Origin: Desulfomonilia bacterium
Lineage (GTDB): Bacteria; Desulfobacterota; Desulfomonilia; UBA1062
NCBI GenBank assembly: GCA_050014195.1
Contig: JBEKDT010000016.1
Location: 1-64,000, forward strand
Length of the DNA stretch: 64,000 nucleotides
Direction of reading: 5' to 3'
The notes beneath the pieces are model-generated. The model was not told where the DNA came from. It saw only the letters and a list, made by a program, of their open reading frames with translations, and did not search any database. Shown here piece by piece: positions 28,251-38,030 of the stretch (position 1 is its first letter; every line of letters starts with the position of its first letter). A program made the position numbers and the translations under genes.

Positions 28251-29822
28251 ATGGCCGCTGCGACCAACTGGGCGACCCTGCTCGAAGAGCAGGCAGCCAA
28301 GCTGAAGGACAAAACCTTTTTATACATTGTGTACCAGGACCGCTCCGTCAGTTATCAGGACATGGACCTGAACGCCAACAGGATTGCTCACTTTCTGCTG
28401 AATTTGGGGGCAACCCCGGGTGACGGCATCGCCACTCTCATGAACAACTCATCCGAGTTCCTGGACATCTTTTTCGGCATCCAGAAGATTGGGATGTATG
28501 TAAACACCGTGAACACCTCGCTACGCGGCGACCAGCTCGCCTACACTATCGACAACAGCGACACGAAATACCTGGTGGTGGACCACGACCTTCTCGACGT
28601 CTACCAGGGTGTTGCAGACAAGACCCCCAAGGTGGCGCGTGTGATCGTGAACACCCTCGAGGCACCCGCAGGATTCAAGGTCCCCAAGGGCATGATCGAC
28701 CTGAAGGATGCGTACAATAAAGACATCCCCACAACGAAACCCATCGTGGGATTCGACGAAAACAGCATACTCATGCTCATGTACACATCCGGCACCACGG
28801 GCCTGCCCAAGGGCGTGGTCATGCGCTACAACAAGAACATCATCGACAGGATCAAGATGCTTGCAGGCATAATACTCACACCTGACTCCGTATATTATAC
28901 CGCGCTCCAGCTCTTCCACGGGAACGCACTCTATATCACCACCACCTCTTCACTCGTCGTGGGGTGCACGGTGGCTCTGTCCAAGCGGTTCTCTGCCAGC
29001 AGGTTCTGGGAGGAGATAGCGAAGTCCAAGGCAACGGTGTTCAATACCATCGGCGCCATTATCCCCATCCTCATGAAGCAGCCGGAAAGCCCCTATGAAA
29101 AGAGCCACCAGGTAGTGAGGGTCCTGTCGGCCGGGTGCCCTGCGGCCCTGTGGGAGCCATTCGAGAAAAGGTTCGGCGTCAAGATCTGGGAGGCCTATGC
29201 GGCCATTGACGGGACCGGGTTCATCGCCAACTTCGGCGACGGGCCCAAGGGCTCCATCGGCAAACCCCTGAACTCCATCATCAGGCTTGTGGACGAGAAA
29301 GGCAATGATGTTTCAACAGGCGCCACTGGTGAGCTCCTGTTCAAGGTTGACCCCAACAAAAAGAGCACCGTGGAGTACTACAAGAACCCGAATGCATCTG
29401 GCGAGAAGACAAAAGGCGAATGGGAGTATACCGGAGACCTCATGTACCAGGACGAGCAGGGGTACATCTACTTTGTGGGCCGCAGCACCGACTCCATGCG
29501 GAGAAGGGGTGAGAACGTGTCGGCCTACGATGTGGAGCAGGCCATCCTCAAGCATCCCTGTGTGCTCGAGGCCGCCGTTTACGCTGTTCCCTCGGAGATG
29601 ACCGAGGACGATATCATGGCCTCGGTCAAGCTCGTAGAGGGGAAAAAACTGACCGGCAAAGAACTGTGGGACTTCCTTCAGGACAAGCTCGCCAAGTTTG
29701 CCATACCCCGCTATATCCGGATCATCGACGATTTTCCCCGCACCGAAACCTTCCGGATCAAGAAGGGAGAGCTGAAGTCCACGGGTGTGACCCCTGATGC
29801 GTTTGATGCAGAAAGGTCTTAA
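28251..29822 (+). CDS. Acyl-CoA ligase (CaiC-like AMP-binding protein)
   Basis: MYTSGTTGLPKGV, TGDL, GRSTDSMRRRGENVS, PRY, PRTETFRIKK. Confidence 0.92.
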   Translation: MAAATNWATLLEEQAAKLKDKTFLYIVYQDRSVSYQDMDLNANRIAHFLLNLGATPGDGIATLMNNSSEFLDIFFGIQKIGMYVNTVNTSLRGDQLAYTIDNSDTKYLVVDHDLLDVYQGVADKTPKVARVIVNTLEAPAGFKVPKGMIDLKDAYNKDIPTTKPIVGFDENSILMLMYTSGTTGLPKGVVMRYNKNIIDRIKMLAGIILTPDSVYYTALQLFHGNALYITTTSSLVVGCTVALSKRFSASRFWEEIAKSKATVFNTIGAIIPILMKQPESPYEKSHQVVRVLSAGCPAALWEPFEKRFGVKIWEAYAAIDGTGFIANFGDGPKGSIGKPLNSIIRLVDEKGNDVSTGATGELLFKVDPNKKSTVEYYKNPNASGEKTKGEWEYTGDLMYQDEQGYIYFVGRSTDSMRRRGENVSAYDVEQAILKHPCVLEAAVYAVPSEMTEDDIMASVKLVEGKKLTGKELWDFLQDKLAKFAIPRYIRIIDDFPRTETFRIKKGELKSTGVTPDAFDAERS

Positions 29823-29895
29823 CACGAGAACATGTTCACGGACTATGGGTTGAGAAGTGGAGACTTCATAACCACATAAATATGAGACATACAGA

Positions 29896-31011
29896 GTGAA
29901 AGCCATGAATGATACTGCATATATTACTATCGCACAGAAGATGGATGAATTCTTCTCCACCGCCCCGAAAGCCGCTGACGGCATTCATTTCCACGAGGCG
30001 TTTATCAGGTATCTACAGCTGGTTTATTCGCCCCAGGAGGCTGAGCTACTCGAGCACTTCAAACGCCCCGGTATGTTTGTCTCCACCAGGGAAGTGGCTG
30101 ATGCCTCCGGGAAAAACCTCACATATGTGGAACAGATACTGGCTGATGTGTTCAGGAGAAACGCACTGCTGGGAATGGGTAACAGCTACAGCCTGCCTCC
30201 CATACAGATCCTGGTGAACATTCACAATTTCTATCTTGAAAACAAACCGGATGATCTTGAAGCGGCAATGCTGTATCAGGAATATTTCATTAAGGGCGGT
30301 TTCTATAAATATTACGAATCCTCAAAAAAGGGGACACCGGTCCTCCGAACCATCCCCATAGGCCAGGCTATTGATGCAGGCCAGAAGGTTTTGTCTGCAG
30401 AAGAGGCTCATGACTTTCTCCTGAATTTCGCAGCCGAAGAAATGGCCCTTGTTCCCTGTCCGTGCCGCACACGCACGGAGAAGATGGGAATCCGCGAATG
30501 CAAAGACAGATATCCTGTTGCATCATGCATCTTTCTGGGACCTGTTGCACTGCACTTCGAGATGCTAGGCATTGGGAAGATGGTAACGAGGCAGCAGGCA
30601 GTTAAGTACTTTGACGAAATGGTAGAGCTGGGTCTCGTTGGTACGACGGATAATGCAATCTCAGGCAGCACGGTTATCTGTTTGTGCTGCGAATGCTGCT
30701 GCTCTAATCTAAGAGGAAGGACCAGGTGGAACAACCCGGATTCGATCTTGCCGTCGAACTTTGTACCACAGGCTGGAGAGGATTGTATCGGATGCGGCAT
30801 CTGTACCGATCGCTGTCCCCTCAAGGCCCTTACTGTAGATGAAGAAACCAACCGAGCAATGGTAAAGGAACTCGATAAGTGCATCGGTTGTGGCGTGTGC
30901 ACCCTTGTATGCCCCCAGGAAACCCTGAAGCTCCACCGGTACGAGCGTTCAAAGCCTTTCGAGACAGCAAAGGAACTGGTGAAAACAATTGCCATAGAGA
31001 ATAGGGAATAA
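29896..31011 (+). CDS. Multi-[4Fe-4S] protein (Cys-rich central domain plus C-terminal ferredoxin)
   Basis: CPCR, ICLCCECCC, CIGCGICTDRCP, CIGCGVCTLVCP. Confidence 0.82.
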   Translation: MKAMNDTAYITIAQKMDEFFSTAPKAADGIHFHEAFIRYLQLVYSPQEAELLEHFKRPGMFVSTREVADASGKNLTYVEQILADVFRRNALLGMGNSYSLPPIQILVNIHNFYLENKPDDLEAAMLYQEYFIKGGFYKYYESSKKGTPVLRTIPIGQAIDAGQKVLSAEEAHDFLLNFAAEEMALVPCPCRTRTEKMGIRECKDRYPVASCIFLGPVALHFEMLGIGKMVTRQQAVKYFDEMVELGLVGTTDNAISGSTVICLCCECCCSNLRGRTRWNNPDSILPSNFVPQAGEDCIGCGICTDRCPLKALTVDEETNRAMVKELDKCIGCGVCTLVCPQETLKLHRYERSKPFETAKELVKTIAIENRE

Positions 31012-31059
31012 TTGGAAGATGCTGAAGGTTATTTCTATTAAGAAAGAGGATAAAGGGAT

Positions 31060-31626
31060 ATGGATTTCAGGGAGCTCGTAAGGGTTCGCAGGTCAATAAG
31101 AGAATTCGAAGATAAAGGTGTTCCATTACCTTTGATCCAGGAGATCATAGCCGATGGATGCGAAGCCCCAAACGGGGGCAACAGGCAGCCCTGGGCTTTC
31201 ATTGTCATAACAAATAAGGATATGATGAAGAGGTGCTCGGATGAGAGCAAGAAAAACATTCTTCAGGAAATAGAGCGCAATCCTACTTCGCCTGTAGCCG
31301 GGTATAAGGCGATCCTTCAGGACCAACGTTTTAACGTCTTCTACAATGCGCCTTGCCTTATCTATATTGCAGGTCTCCGCACTGTTCACTCATCACCTGT
31401 GGACTGCACACTTGCTGCGAGCTACCTCATGCTTTCTGCTGCAGATCGTGGATTAGGGACATGCTGGATATACCTTGGTTCGGTTATCCAAGATCAGGCT
31501 TTACTCAAGGAGATCGGTCTGCCTGATGATTACAAAATTATTGCACCCATAATCCTTGGTTATCCGGTAAAGATCCCGGGGAAAACACCAAGGGATAAGC
31601 CAAAGATCTTCAAGGTCATACAATAG
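31060..31626 (+). CDS. Nitroreductase family protein
   Basis: RRSIR, APNGGNRQPW, FYNAP, GLGTCWI, ILGYP. Confidence 0.9.
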   Translation: MDFRELVRVRRSIREFEDKGVPLPLIQEIIADGCEAPNGGNRQPWAFIVITNKDMMKRCSDESKKNILQEIERNPTSPVAGYKAILQDQRFNVFYNAPCLIYIAGLRTVHSSPVDCTLAASYLMLSAADRGLGTCWIYLGSVIQDQALLKEIGLPDDYKIIAPIILGYPVKIPGKTPRDKPKIFKVIQ

Positions 31627-31924
31627 GTATCATTGTTCATTGAGGACCATCTTGGTCGTATCTATATGATGCCTTCGATAAATTGCTGTCCCAATCTCAG
31701 ACTATGAACCATTGATTTCCGCAATTAATCGGTCCGATCGGACTCACTAGGAACTTGGTTATAACTCGCCGATCAGTTACAAAGAAAATTTAGCCGCATG
31801 ATCGGTATTGATTTCAAGGGGTCATTACAGGGAATTGATCTCAAATTCATCACCTGCCTGATCTCGCTCAAGATATAGCCCATGGATCAGTGCTGTAGGA
31901 TCAATTTTTGTTGGCCCTCCTTAA

Positions 31925-33034
31925 TCATTGGGTAGTGTTTGCCAGGGTTTTCTTGCTGATTAGAAAACCCATTCTTTGAAGAAATGCATACCATGTCTGT
32001 CCCCTGAGGTTGTTATTGAAGATCAGCCAATGGCCTCCCCTGAGGAATTGGTGCTCTGGCCAGTCCCATTTTTCACAGAGGAGCCGGACGAATTCAAAGG
32101 GACAGAGCTGGTCTCCTTGTGAGGCTATGATAAGGATGCGGTCTTTGGGTATCTTCGGATAAAAATTGAGTGGGGAGTGAAACTCATAAACCTTTTGTGT
32201 CTTCTTTAGGAATTCAGCATTGATTGGGAAAGGGAGTTTGGCGGTATCAGGGCCCAAGGTGCCTGATAAATTTACAACCGGCACCATCATGGCAGCAAAG
32301 TTGACTATAGGCTGCAGGCATATAAACAGGGCTGCAAGGTATCCACCGAGGCTTGCACCTATTAGGCCGATGCTGCCGGCCCCAAGAATTTGGAGTACTT
32401 TGCAGGTCGAATAAAGGTCATACATAGTCTGCCCCACGCACTCACACGTCATGGCCACATTATCGGGCTGCAGATAGATCCCTCGTTGTGCCTTGGATAT
32501 AGGGGCCCTTTTCCAATGGAAAGGGGTTATGAAAAGGGCCACATCCAGACCCAGCTCGAACATCTTCCTGATCCTGAACATCCGTTGTGCCTGTCTTGGG
32601 TTGCCTAACATGTACCCATGAAGGCAGAGAACCGTCTTGACATCATCCCTGCCGTGTGTCCACCTGACTATATAACATGTGCTGTTATTACGATGGGCAT
32701 TGTAGCTCTCGCGAAGCATGGGATTTTGTGGTTCATAGCCGCTTGAAAATAAGATTAATTGATACTCGCCATCAAGATAAGGTCTTCTCAAGAGGATTTT
32801 ATAGGTCGGGATCTCGTTGGGAAAGGTAAAAAAGCTTTTCGGATTCTCGGTAAACCCCTTCTGAATATAGAAATCGACATGCGATTCATATTCTGATCTC
32901 GATATATTCCTTGGTCTCTTAAGATGTCTTAAGATCTTCGGCACAAGGAGAAAGAGATTGTCAACTATTCCGCCGAGAAACTCCTGTATGCCTTTCTCCC
33001 CATGAGTGAAATTTTGTGCTACTTCTTTACCCAT
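31925..33034 (-). CDS. Alpha/beta hydrolase
   Basis: LHGY, nucleophile elbow GASLGG, acid (GDQL) and His (GGH). Confidence 0.82.
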   Translation of the reverse strand: MGKEVAQNFTHGEKGIQEFLGGIVDNLFLLVPKILRHLKRPRNISRSEYESHVDFYIQKGFTENPKSFFTFPNEIPTYKILLRRPYLDGEYQLILFSSGYEPQNPMLRESYNAHRNNSTCYIVRWTHGRDDVKTVLCLHGYMLGNPRQAQRMFRIRKMFELGLDVALFITPFHWKRAPISKAQRGIYLQPDNVAMTCECVGQTMYDLYSTCKVLQILGAGSIGLIGASLGGYLAALFICLQPIVNFAAMMVPVVNLSGTLGPDTAKLPFPINAEFLKKTQKVYEFHSPLNFYPKIPKDRILIIASQGDQLCPFEFVRLLCEKWDWPEHQFLRGGHWLIFNNNLRGQTWYAFLQRMGFLISKKTLANTTQ

Positions 33035-33139
33035 TAGACCCCCCTTGTTCAACAGTTCATGATGGTATCGGGTGAGAGAATATGCACTCCATCAGTAATA
33101 AGAATAGGTGAAACGAGAACTCGTCCTTAATTTAAACAG

Positions 33140-33976
33140 TTATTTTCGAGCGTACGACCATGCGATAAACCTGCTGAACCATGTGCACAGGATGACTGCG
33201 GTTACAGGGAATATCCGCGTGATCAGGTCCACGACCTTGGCATCGGTCCCTACCATGATGCGCCTCCGGTTCCGCTTGATCCCGGCGATGATGATTTGCG
33301 CCGCCTTGTCGGCAGTGGTCTTGAACAGCTCCTCTTCATAAAGGCATATGGACTTCTCCCGGGTCAATGAGTACATGGCCCGGTTGAATCGAGTATTCCG
33401 TGCAATATTGGTTTTGATCCCACCTGGGTGCACACAGCTCACATGAATGGTTGTGCCCTGCATCTCCTGGGCAAGGGTCTCGGTGTAGCCCTTGACCGCG
33501 AACTTGGCAGAGCAATATGGCCCGTTGTTCGGATTTGGCAGTATCCCGTTGATGCTCGAGATGTTCACCACGTGGCCCTCGGGTCGCGTCTTCAGGAACG
33601 GGAGAAAGGCCATGGTGCCGTACACCACGCCCCAGAAGTTGATGCCCATAAGCCATTCGAAGTCTTCCAGGGGCACGGTTTCCAGGAAATCGCCCAGGGC
33701 CACGCCCGCATTATTGATAATCATATCCACGTTGCCGTGGATGCATTCGGCCTCCTCGGCGAAGCGGAAGACCTGCTCACGGTCCGATACGTCAACGCTG
33801 TGGGTGGAGACCTTCACCCGGGTGCCAATGAGTGCGGCTGTCTCCTGAAGGCCTGCCTCGTCGATGTCCGCCAGGGCCAGGTGACAGCCCTCGGCGGCGA
33901 GGTTGACTGCCAGGGCCCTGCCGATGCCCGATGCGGCGCCTGTCACTGCTGCGACCTTATTCGCAAGGTTCTTCAT
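33140..33976 (-). CDS. Short-chain dehydrogenase/reductase
   Basis: TGAASGIG, NNAG, INFWGV, YCSAK, HPGGIKT. Confidence 0.92.
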   Translation of the reverse strand: MKNLANKVAAVTGAASGIGRALAVNLAAEGCHLALADIDEAGLQETAALIGTRVKVSTHSVDVSDREQVFRFAEEAECIHGNVDMIINNAGVALGDFLETVPLEDFEWLMGINFWGVVYGTMAFLPFLKTRPEGHVVNISSINGILPNPNNGPYCSAKFAVKGYTETLAQEMQGTTIHVSCVHPGGIKTNIARNTRFNRAMYSLTREKSICLYEEELFKTTADKAAQIIIAGIKRNRRRIMVGTDAKVVDLITRIFPVTAVILCTWFSRFIAWSYARK

Positions 33977-34010
33977 GAGTGTGCTCCTCTCTTGATATGA
34001 AATGTTCTGA

Positions 34011-35597
34011 TCAGGCGTTCCGGGCCGGGTTCTCCGCATCAAAGGTGTCGGGCGTGACCCCGAGGTTTTTCAGTTCGCCCTTCTTGACCCTGAAGGTCTC
34101 GGTCCGAGGGAAGTCGTCAACAAAACGGATGTAGCGCGGGATGGCGAACCTTGCGAGTTTGTCCTGTAAGAAACCCCACAGGTCTTTGGACGAGAGCTTC
34201 TGCCCGCCAACAAGCCTTACGGATGCCATGATCTCATCCTCGGTCATCTCGGAAGGCACCGCGTATACAGCAGCCTCCATCACGGCGGGGTGCTTGAGGA
34301 TGGCTTGCTCCACGTCATAAGCGGACACGTTCTCGCCTCTGCGGCGCATGGAGTCGGTAGATCTGCCCACGAAGTAAAGGTAACCGTTTTCGTCCTGGTA
34401 CACGAGGTCACCGGTGTATTCCCAATCGCCCCGGGTCTTCTCTCCTGTGGCACCGGGGTTCTTGTAGTATTCCACAGTGGTCTTCCGCTCGGGGTCAACC
34501 TGGAAGAGCAACTCTCCAGTGGTTTTAGCAGGTACGTCATTGCCCTTTTCGTCCACGACCCTGATAGTTGAGACATAGGACTTGCCGATGGAACCCTTGG
34601 GTCCGTCACCGAAGTTGGCGATGAAACCGCTGCCGTCGATGGCCGCATAGGCCTCCCAGATGGTGACATTAAATCGCTTCTCAAAGGGCTCCCAGAGGTC
34701 TGTCGGGCATCCGGCGGAGAAGACGTGGGTCACCCGGTGGTCTTTTTCGTGGGGGTTTGGCGGCGTCTTCATGAGGATGGGTATGATGGCACCAATGGTG
34801 TTGAAAAATGTGGCCTTGGACTGGTAGATCTCATCCCAGAAGTTCCTTGCAGAGAAGCGTTTGGAAAGCGCCACCGTGCAGCCCGCCACCAGTGACTGGG
34901 TGGTGGTGACGAACAAGGCGTTGCCGTGGAACAGAGGCAGCGCGGTGAAGTAGACCTTTTCCGGTGTCAGGAGCAGTTGCGCCAAGGGCCTTATCCTGTC
35001 CACGAGGTTCCTGTTGTACCTTGAGACCACACCCTTTGGAAGGCCGGTGGTTCCTGAAGTGTACATGAGGATGAGGATGTTGCTCTCGTCGAACTCCACA
35101 TTGGGTTTTGTTGATGGCAGATCCTTATTGTAGGCATCCTTCAGGTCCAGCATGCCGTCTGGAACTATGAACCCGGCAGGTGCCTCCAGGGTGTTCACGA
35201 TGATGGTCGTGATCTGGGGCGTCTTGTCGGCCACGCTCCGATAGAGGTCAATGAGGTCGTGGTCCACCACCAGGTACTTGGTATCGCTGTTGTCGATGAT
35301 GAAGGCCAGCCCATCGCCCCGCAGCGCGGTATTGACCGTGTTGATGTACATCCCGATCTTCTGGATGCCGAAGAACACATCCAGGAACTGGGGGGAGTTG
35401 CCCATAAGCACGGCCAGGCCATCCCCAGGTGCAGCGCCGAGCTTCAAGAGGTAATGTGCAAGGTGGTTCGCATTCCTGTCCGTTTCACCATAGGAAATGT
35501 ATCGATCTTGATAGACAAGATAGAGAAAGGGGCTGTCGGGACGCTGTACAGCCTGCTCCTCGAGAACTGAAACCCAGGTTGAAACCTTCTCGCTCAT
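34011..35597 (-). CDS. Acyl-CoA ligase (CaiC-like), paralog of 28251-29822
   Basis: MYTSGTTGLPKGV; long stretches identical to the forward copy. Confidence 0.92.
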   Translation of the reverse strand: MSEKVSTWVSVLEEQAVQRPDSPFLYLVYQDRYISYGETDRNANHLAHYLLKLGAAPGDGLAVLMGNSPQFLDVFFGIQKIGMYINTVNTALRGDGLAFIIDNSDTKYLVVDHDLIDLYRSVADKTPQITTIIVNTLEAPAGFIVPDGMLDLKDAYNKDLPSTKPNVEFDESNILILMYTSGTTGLPKGVVSRYNRNLVDRIRPLAQLLLTPEKVYFTALPLFHGNALFVTTTQSLVAGCTVALSKRFSARNFWDEIYQSKATFFNTIGAIIPILMKTPPNPHEKDHRVTHVFSAGCPTDLWEPFEKRFNVTIWEAYAAIDGSGFIANFGDGPKGSIGKSYVSTIRVVDEKGNDVPAKTTGELLFQVDPERKTTVEYYKNPGATGEKTRGDWEYTGDLVYQDENGYLYFVGRSTDSMRRRGENVSAYDVEQAILKHPAVMEAAVYAVPSEMTEDEIMASVRLVGGQKLSSKDLWGFLQDKLARFAIPRYIRFVDDFPRTETFRVKKGELKNLGVTPDTFDAENPARNA

Positions 35598-35656
35598 GGA
35601 TCCCTCCCGTTTAGGTTTTTTGTTGTAGGGCGACTTCTATCACAAATAGATTTTCA

Positions 35657-35980
35657 TCAATCCGTAAAGAGCCGTGGCGTCTTGATCTCGCCATGCTCGA
35701 TGGGCTTGTAGAAATATTTGGCGATTAATGGCTTTTTCATGATGACCGCATCCTTAGGGCAGATGGCCGAGCAGCACCCGCAGAACATGCACTGGTTCTC
35801 CGGGAACGGCTTCATGGAAGGCCTGGTGTCGAAGGCGATGGCTGCACCGGGGCAGATCTTGGCGCACATGCCGCACTTGATGCATTTTGTCTCGTCGAAC
35901 GCAACCTCCCCGAAGCTCAATTCATCGGGATTGTCATAGTCCGGGATCTTGAAAAATTCGCGAAGACTGAAATTACCCAT
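35657..35980 (-). CDS. 2x[4Fe-4S] ferredoxin
   Basis: CIKCGMCAKICP, CMFCGCCSAICP; homologous to the C-terminus of 27142-28209. Confidence 0.88.
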   Translation of the reverse strand: MGNFSLREFFKIPDYDNPDELSFGEVAFDETKCIKCGMCAKICPGAAIAFDTRPSMKPFPENQCMFCGCCSAICPKDAVIMKKPLIAKYFYKPIEHGEIKTPRLFTD

Positions 35981-35994
35981 GGTCTGCCTCCTTC

Positions 35995-36738
35995 CTAGTA
36001 GATGACCTGTTTGACGCCGCTCTCATACCAGTCCACCGCGTGGGTCTGGCGCGCGACCATGCCGTTGGGATCCCCCATTGGCCACCCGATGGCAATGCTC
36101 GACAGGAACTTGAAGGGGTAGCCGATGCCGAAGTACTTCTTCCACTTGCGCATGTAATCGAAGGCCGGCCGGACAAAGCCCACCCAGCAGGTGCCGAGCC
36201 CCATGCTGTGGGCGGCCAGCACCATGTTCTGACCCGCGATACCGCAGTCGAGCTCGGGGCAGCTCACGCCACGCACGTCTGCGAAGATGAGTATGACCGT
36301 GGGCGCGCCGTGCCACAGGCCCAGCTTCCTGTCCGCGATCATGGGGATGGCACCGAAGGGCACCGGGTGGAGGTCGTTCTTGCGTATGCGGGTGTTGAAT
36401 TTCACCATGGGCCGTATCCAAGAGGCCCCGGGCTTGCGGTAGTCCACCATATTCCTTAAGATATCGCAGATATTGACCACATCGTCGGTCATGGCATTGA
36501 TGATGCTCGGGTCACGCAGGACAATGAACTTCCAGGGCTGGCAGTTCCCGGCGGACGGGGCGAACCTGCCTGCCTCCAGGATGCGCTTGATCATGAACTC
36601 CGGTACCTGATCGTGCTTGTAGAGACGTACGCTCCTGCGCTGCAGGATTACCTTTTCCGTCTCGGTGAACCCCTGTTTGAGGCGTTCAACACACTCATCC
36701 TTTCCTACCCTTTTCGGTTTCCTCTCGATCTCGGGCAT
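35995..36738 (-). CDS. Nitroreductase family protein
   Basis: RRSVR, APSAGNCQPW, AHSMGLGTCW; homologous to the N-terminus of 27142-28209. Confidence 0.9.
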   Translation of the reverse strand: MPEIERKPKRVGKDECVERLKQGFTETEKVILQRRSVRLYKHDQVPEFMIKRILEAGRFAPSAGNCQPWKFIVLRDPSIINAMTDDVVNICDILRNMVDYRKPGASWIRPMVKFNTRIRKNDLHPVPFGAIPMIADRKLGLWHGAPTVILIFADVRGVSCPELDCGIAGQNMVLAAHSMGLGTCWVGFVRPAFDYMRKWKKYFGIGYPFKFLSSIAIGWPMGDPNGMVARQTHAVDWYESGVKQVIY

Positions 36739-36760
36739 TGCTCAACCTCCTTTTGACAGG

Positions 36761-38014
36761 CTATTTCACCTTCTCCAGGATATGGATGGCCATGGCAGCC
36801 TCGCCCATACCCAAAAATCCGCCGCCGTTTTCCGCCATGGCGATCCTGCATCCATCAACCTGCCGTTTTTCCGCTTCACCCCGCAGGTGTGTTACGAGCT
36901 CATAAATCTGTGCCAGACCCGATGCGCCGATGGGATGGCCACGGGCCATGAGCCCGCCGCTCGGGTTGATGGGGATCTTTCCGCCGATGGCCGTGGCACC
37001 GCCCTCGGCAAAGGGACCGCCTTGGCCTTCCGGGCAGAACCCCATCTGCTCGGTCTGGTAGAGCTCCCCGAAAGCCGTGGCGTCATGGACCTCGGCCGCC
37101 TGGATGTCCTCCGGTCCCATTCCGGCCATGTCGTAGGCCGCACGGGATGCCCTAAAACAAATGTCGCTCATGCCTTCGCGTTTACCTGATTTCAACACTG
37201 AGGCACGGATGGCGATGGCCCTTTTCTTGCCGTGCTTTTTCATGAATTTCTTGCTGCAGACGATGGCTGCTGCGGCACCGTCTCCGATGGGCGCGCACAT
37301 AGCCCGTGTCAGGGGCCATGCCACCTCACGGTCCGCCAATACCTCTTCCACGGACATGGGGAAGGTGTACTGGGCTAGGGGGTTGAGGGTGGAGTTGTTG
37401 TGTGCCTTGGCCGCGATTACGGCAAGCTGTCTCTGGGTGGTTCCGTAGCGCTCCATATGCATGCGGGCCCCCATGGCATAGAGGTCCATGAACGAGGAGT
37501 GGCCTCCTGGCTTCTCTTGGACAGCCTTCTCTCCCATGAGCTTGGCGCGCTCCTCCTTGTGCTTTTTCGCTTCCTCCTGGAGCTTGGCGATGAGCTGCAT
37601 GGTCACCTCTACGTCGGTGCCGGAGATGAAACCCTCCATGGTCTTGGCCCTATCCTCGCTATAGAGCTTCTCGGTGCCGATGGCGAGCACGCAGTCGAAC
37701 TGTCCGGCCTTGACGGCCATCCATGCCCCGTTCAGGGCTGTTGAGGCGCTGGCGCAGGCGTTTTCCACATTGGTGATGGGTATGCCCTCAAGCCCGTTGG
37801 CCGAGAGCGCTACCTGGCCCCTAATGCAGTGCTGGAACGATGCGATACCCCAGGACGAGTTCGAGAACCATGCCGCTTCGATGTCGTTCTTTCCCAGGCC
37901 GCAGTCCTTCAGGACCAGGTCGAGCGCTTCCCCGGTCAGGGCCTTGATGCCCCTGTCCAGGTACTTGCCGAACTTGATCATCCCTACGCCAATGATGTAG
38001 ACATCGTCACTCAT
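36761..38014 (-). CDS. SCPx/Ltp-type thiolase family protein
   Basis: NVENACASAS, AEVHDA, NPSGGL..GHPIGASG. Confidence 0.9.
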   Translation of the reverse strand: MSDDVYIIGVGMIKFGKYLDRGIKALTGEALDLVLKDCGLGKNDIEAAWFSNSSWGIASFQHCIRGQVALSANGLEGIPITNVENACASASTALNGAWMAVKAGQFDCVLAIGTEKLYSEDRAKTMEGFISGTDVEVTMQLIAKLQEEAKKHKEERAKLMGEKAVQEKPGGHSSFMDLYAMGARMHMERYGTTQRQLAVIAAKAHNNSTLNPLAQYTFPMSVEEVLADREVAWPLTRAMCAPIGDGAAAAIVCSKKFMKKHGKKRAIAIRASVLKSGKREGMSDICFRASRAAYDMAGMGPEDIQAAEVHDATAFGELYQTEQMGFCPEGQGGPFAEGGATAIGGKIPINPSGGLMARGHPIGASGLAQIYELVTHLRGEAEKRQVDGCRIAMAENGGGFLGMGEAAMAIHILEKVK

Positions 38015-38030
38015 GATGAACCTCCTAAAG

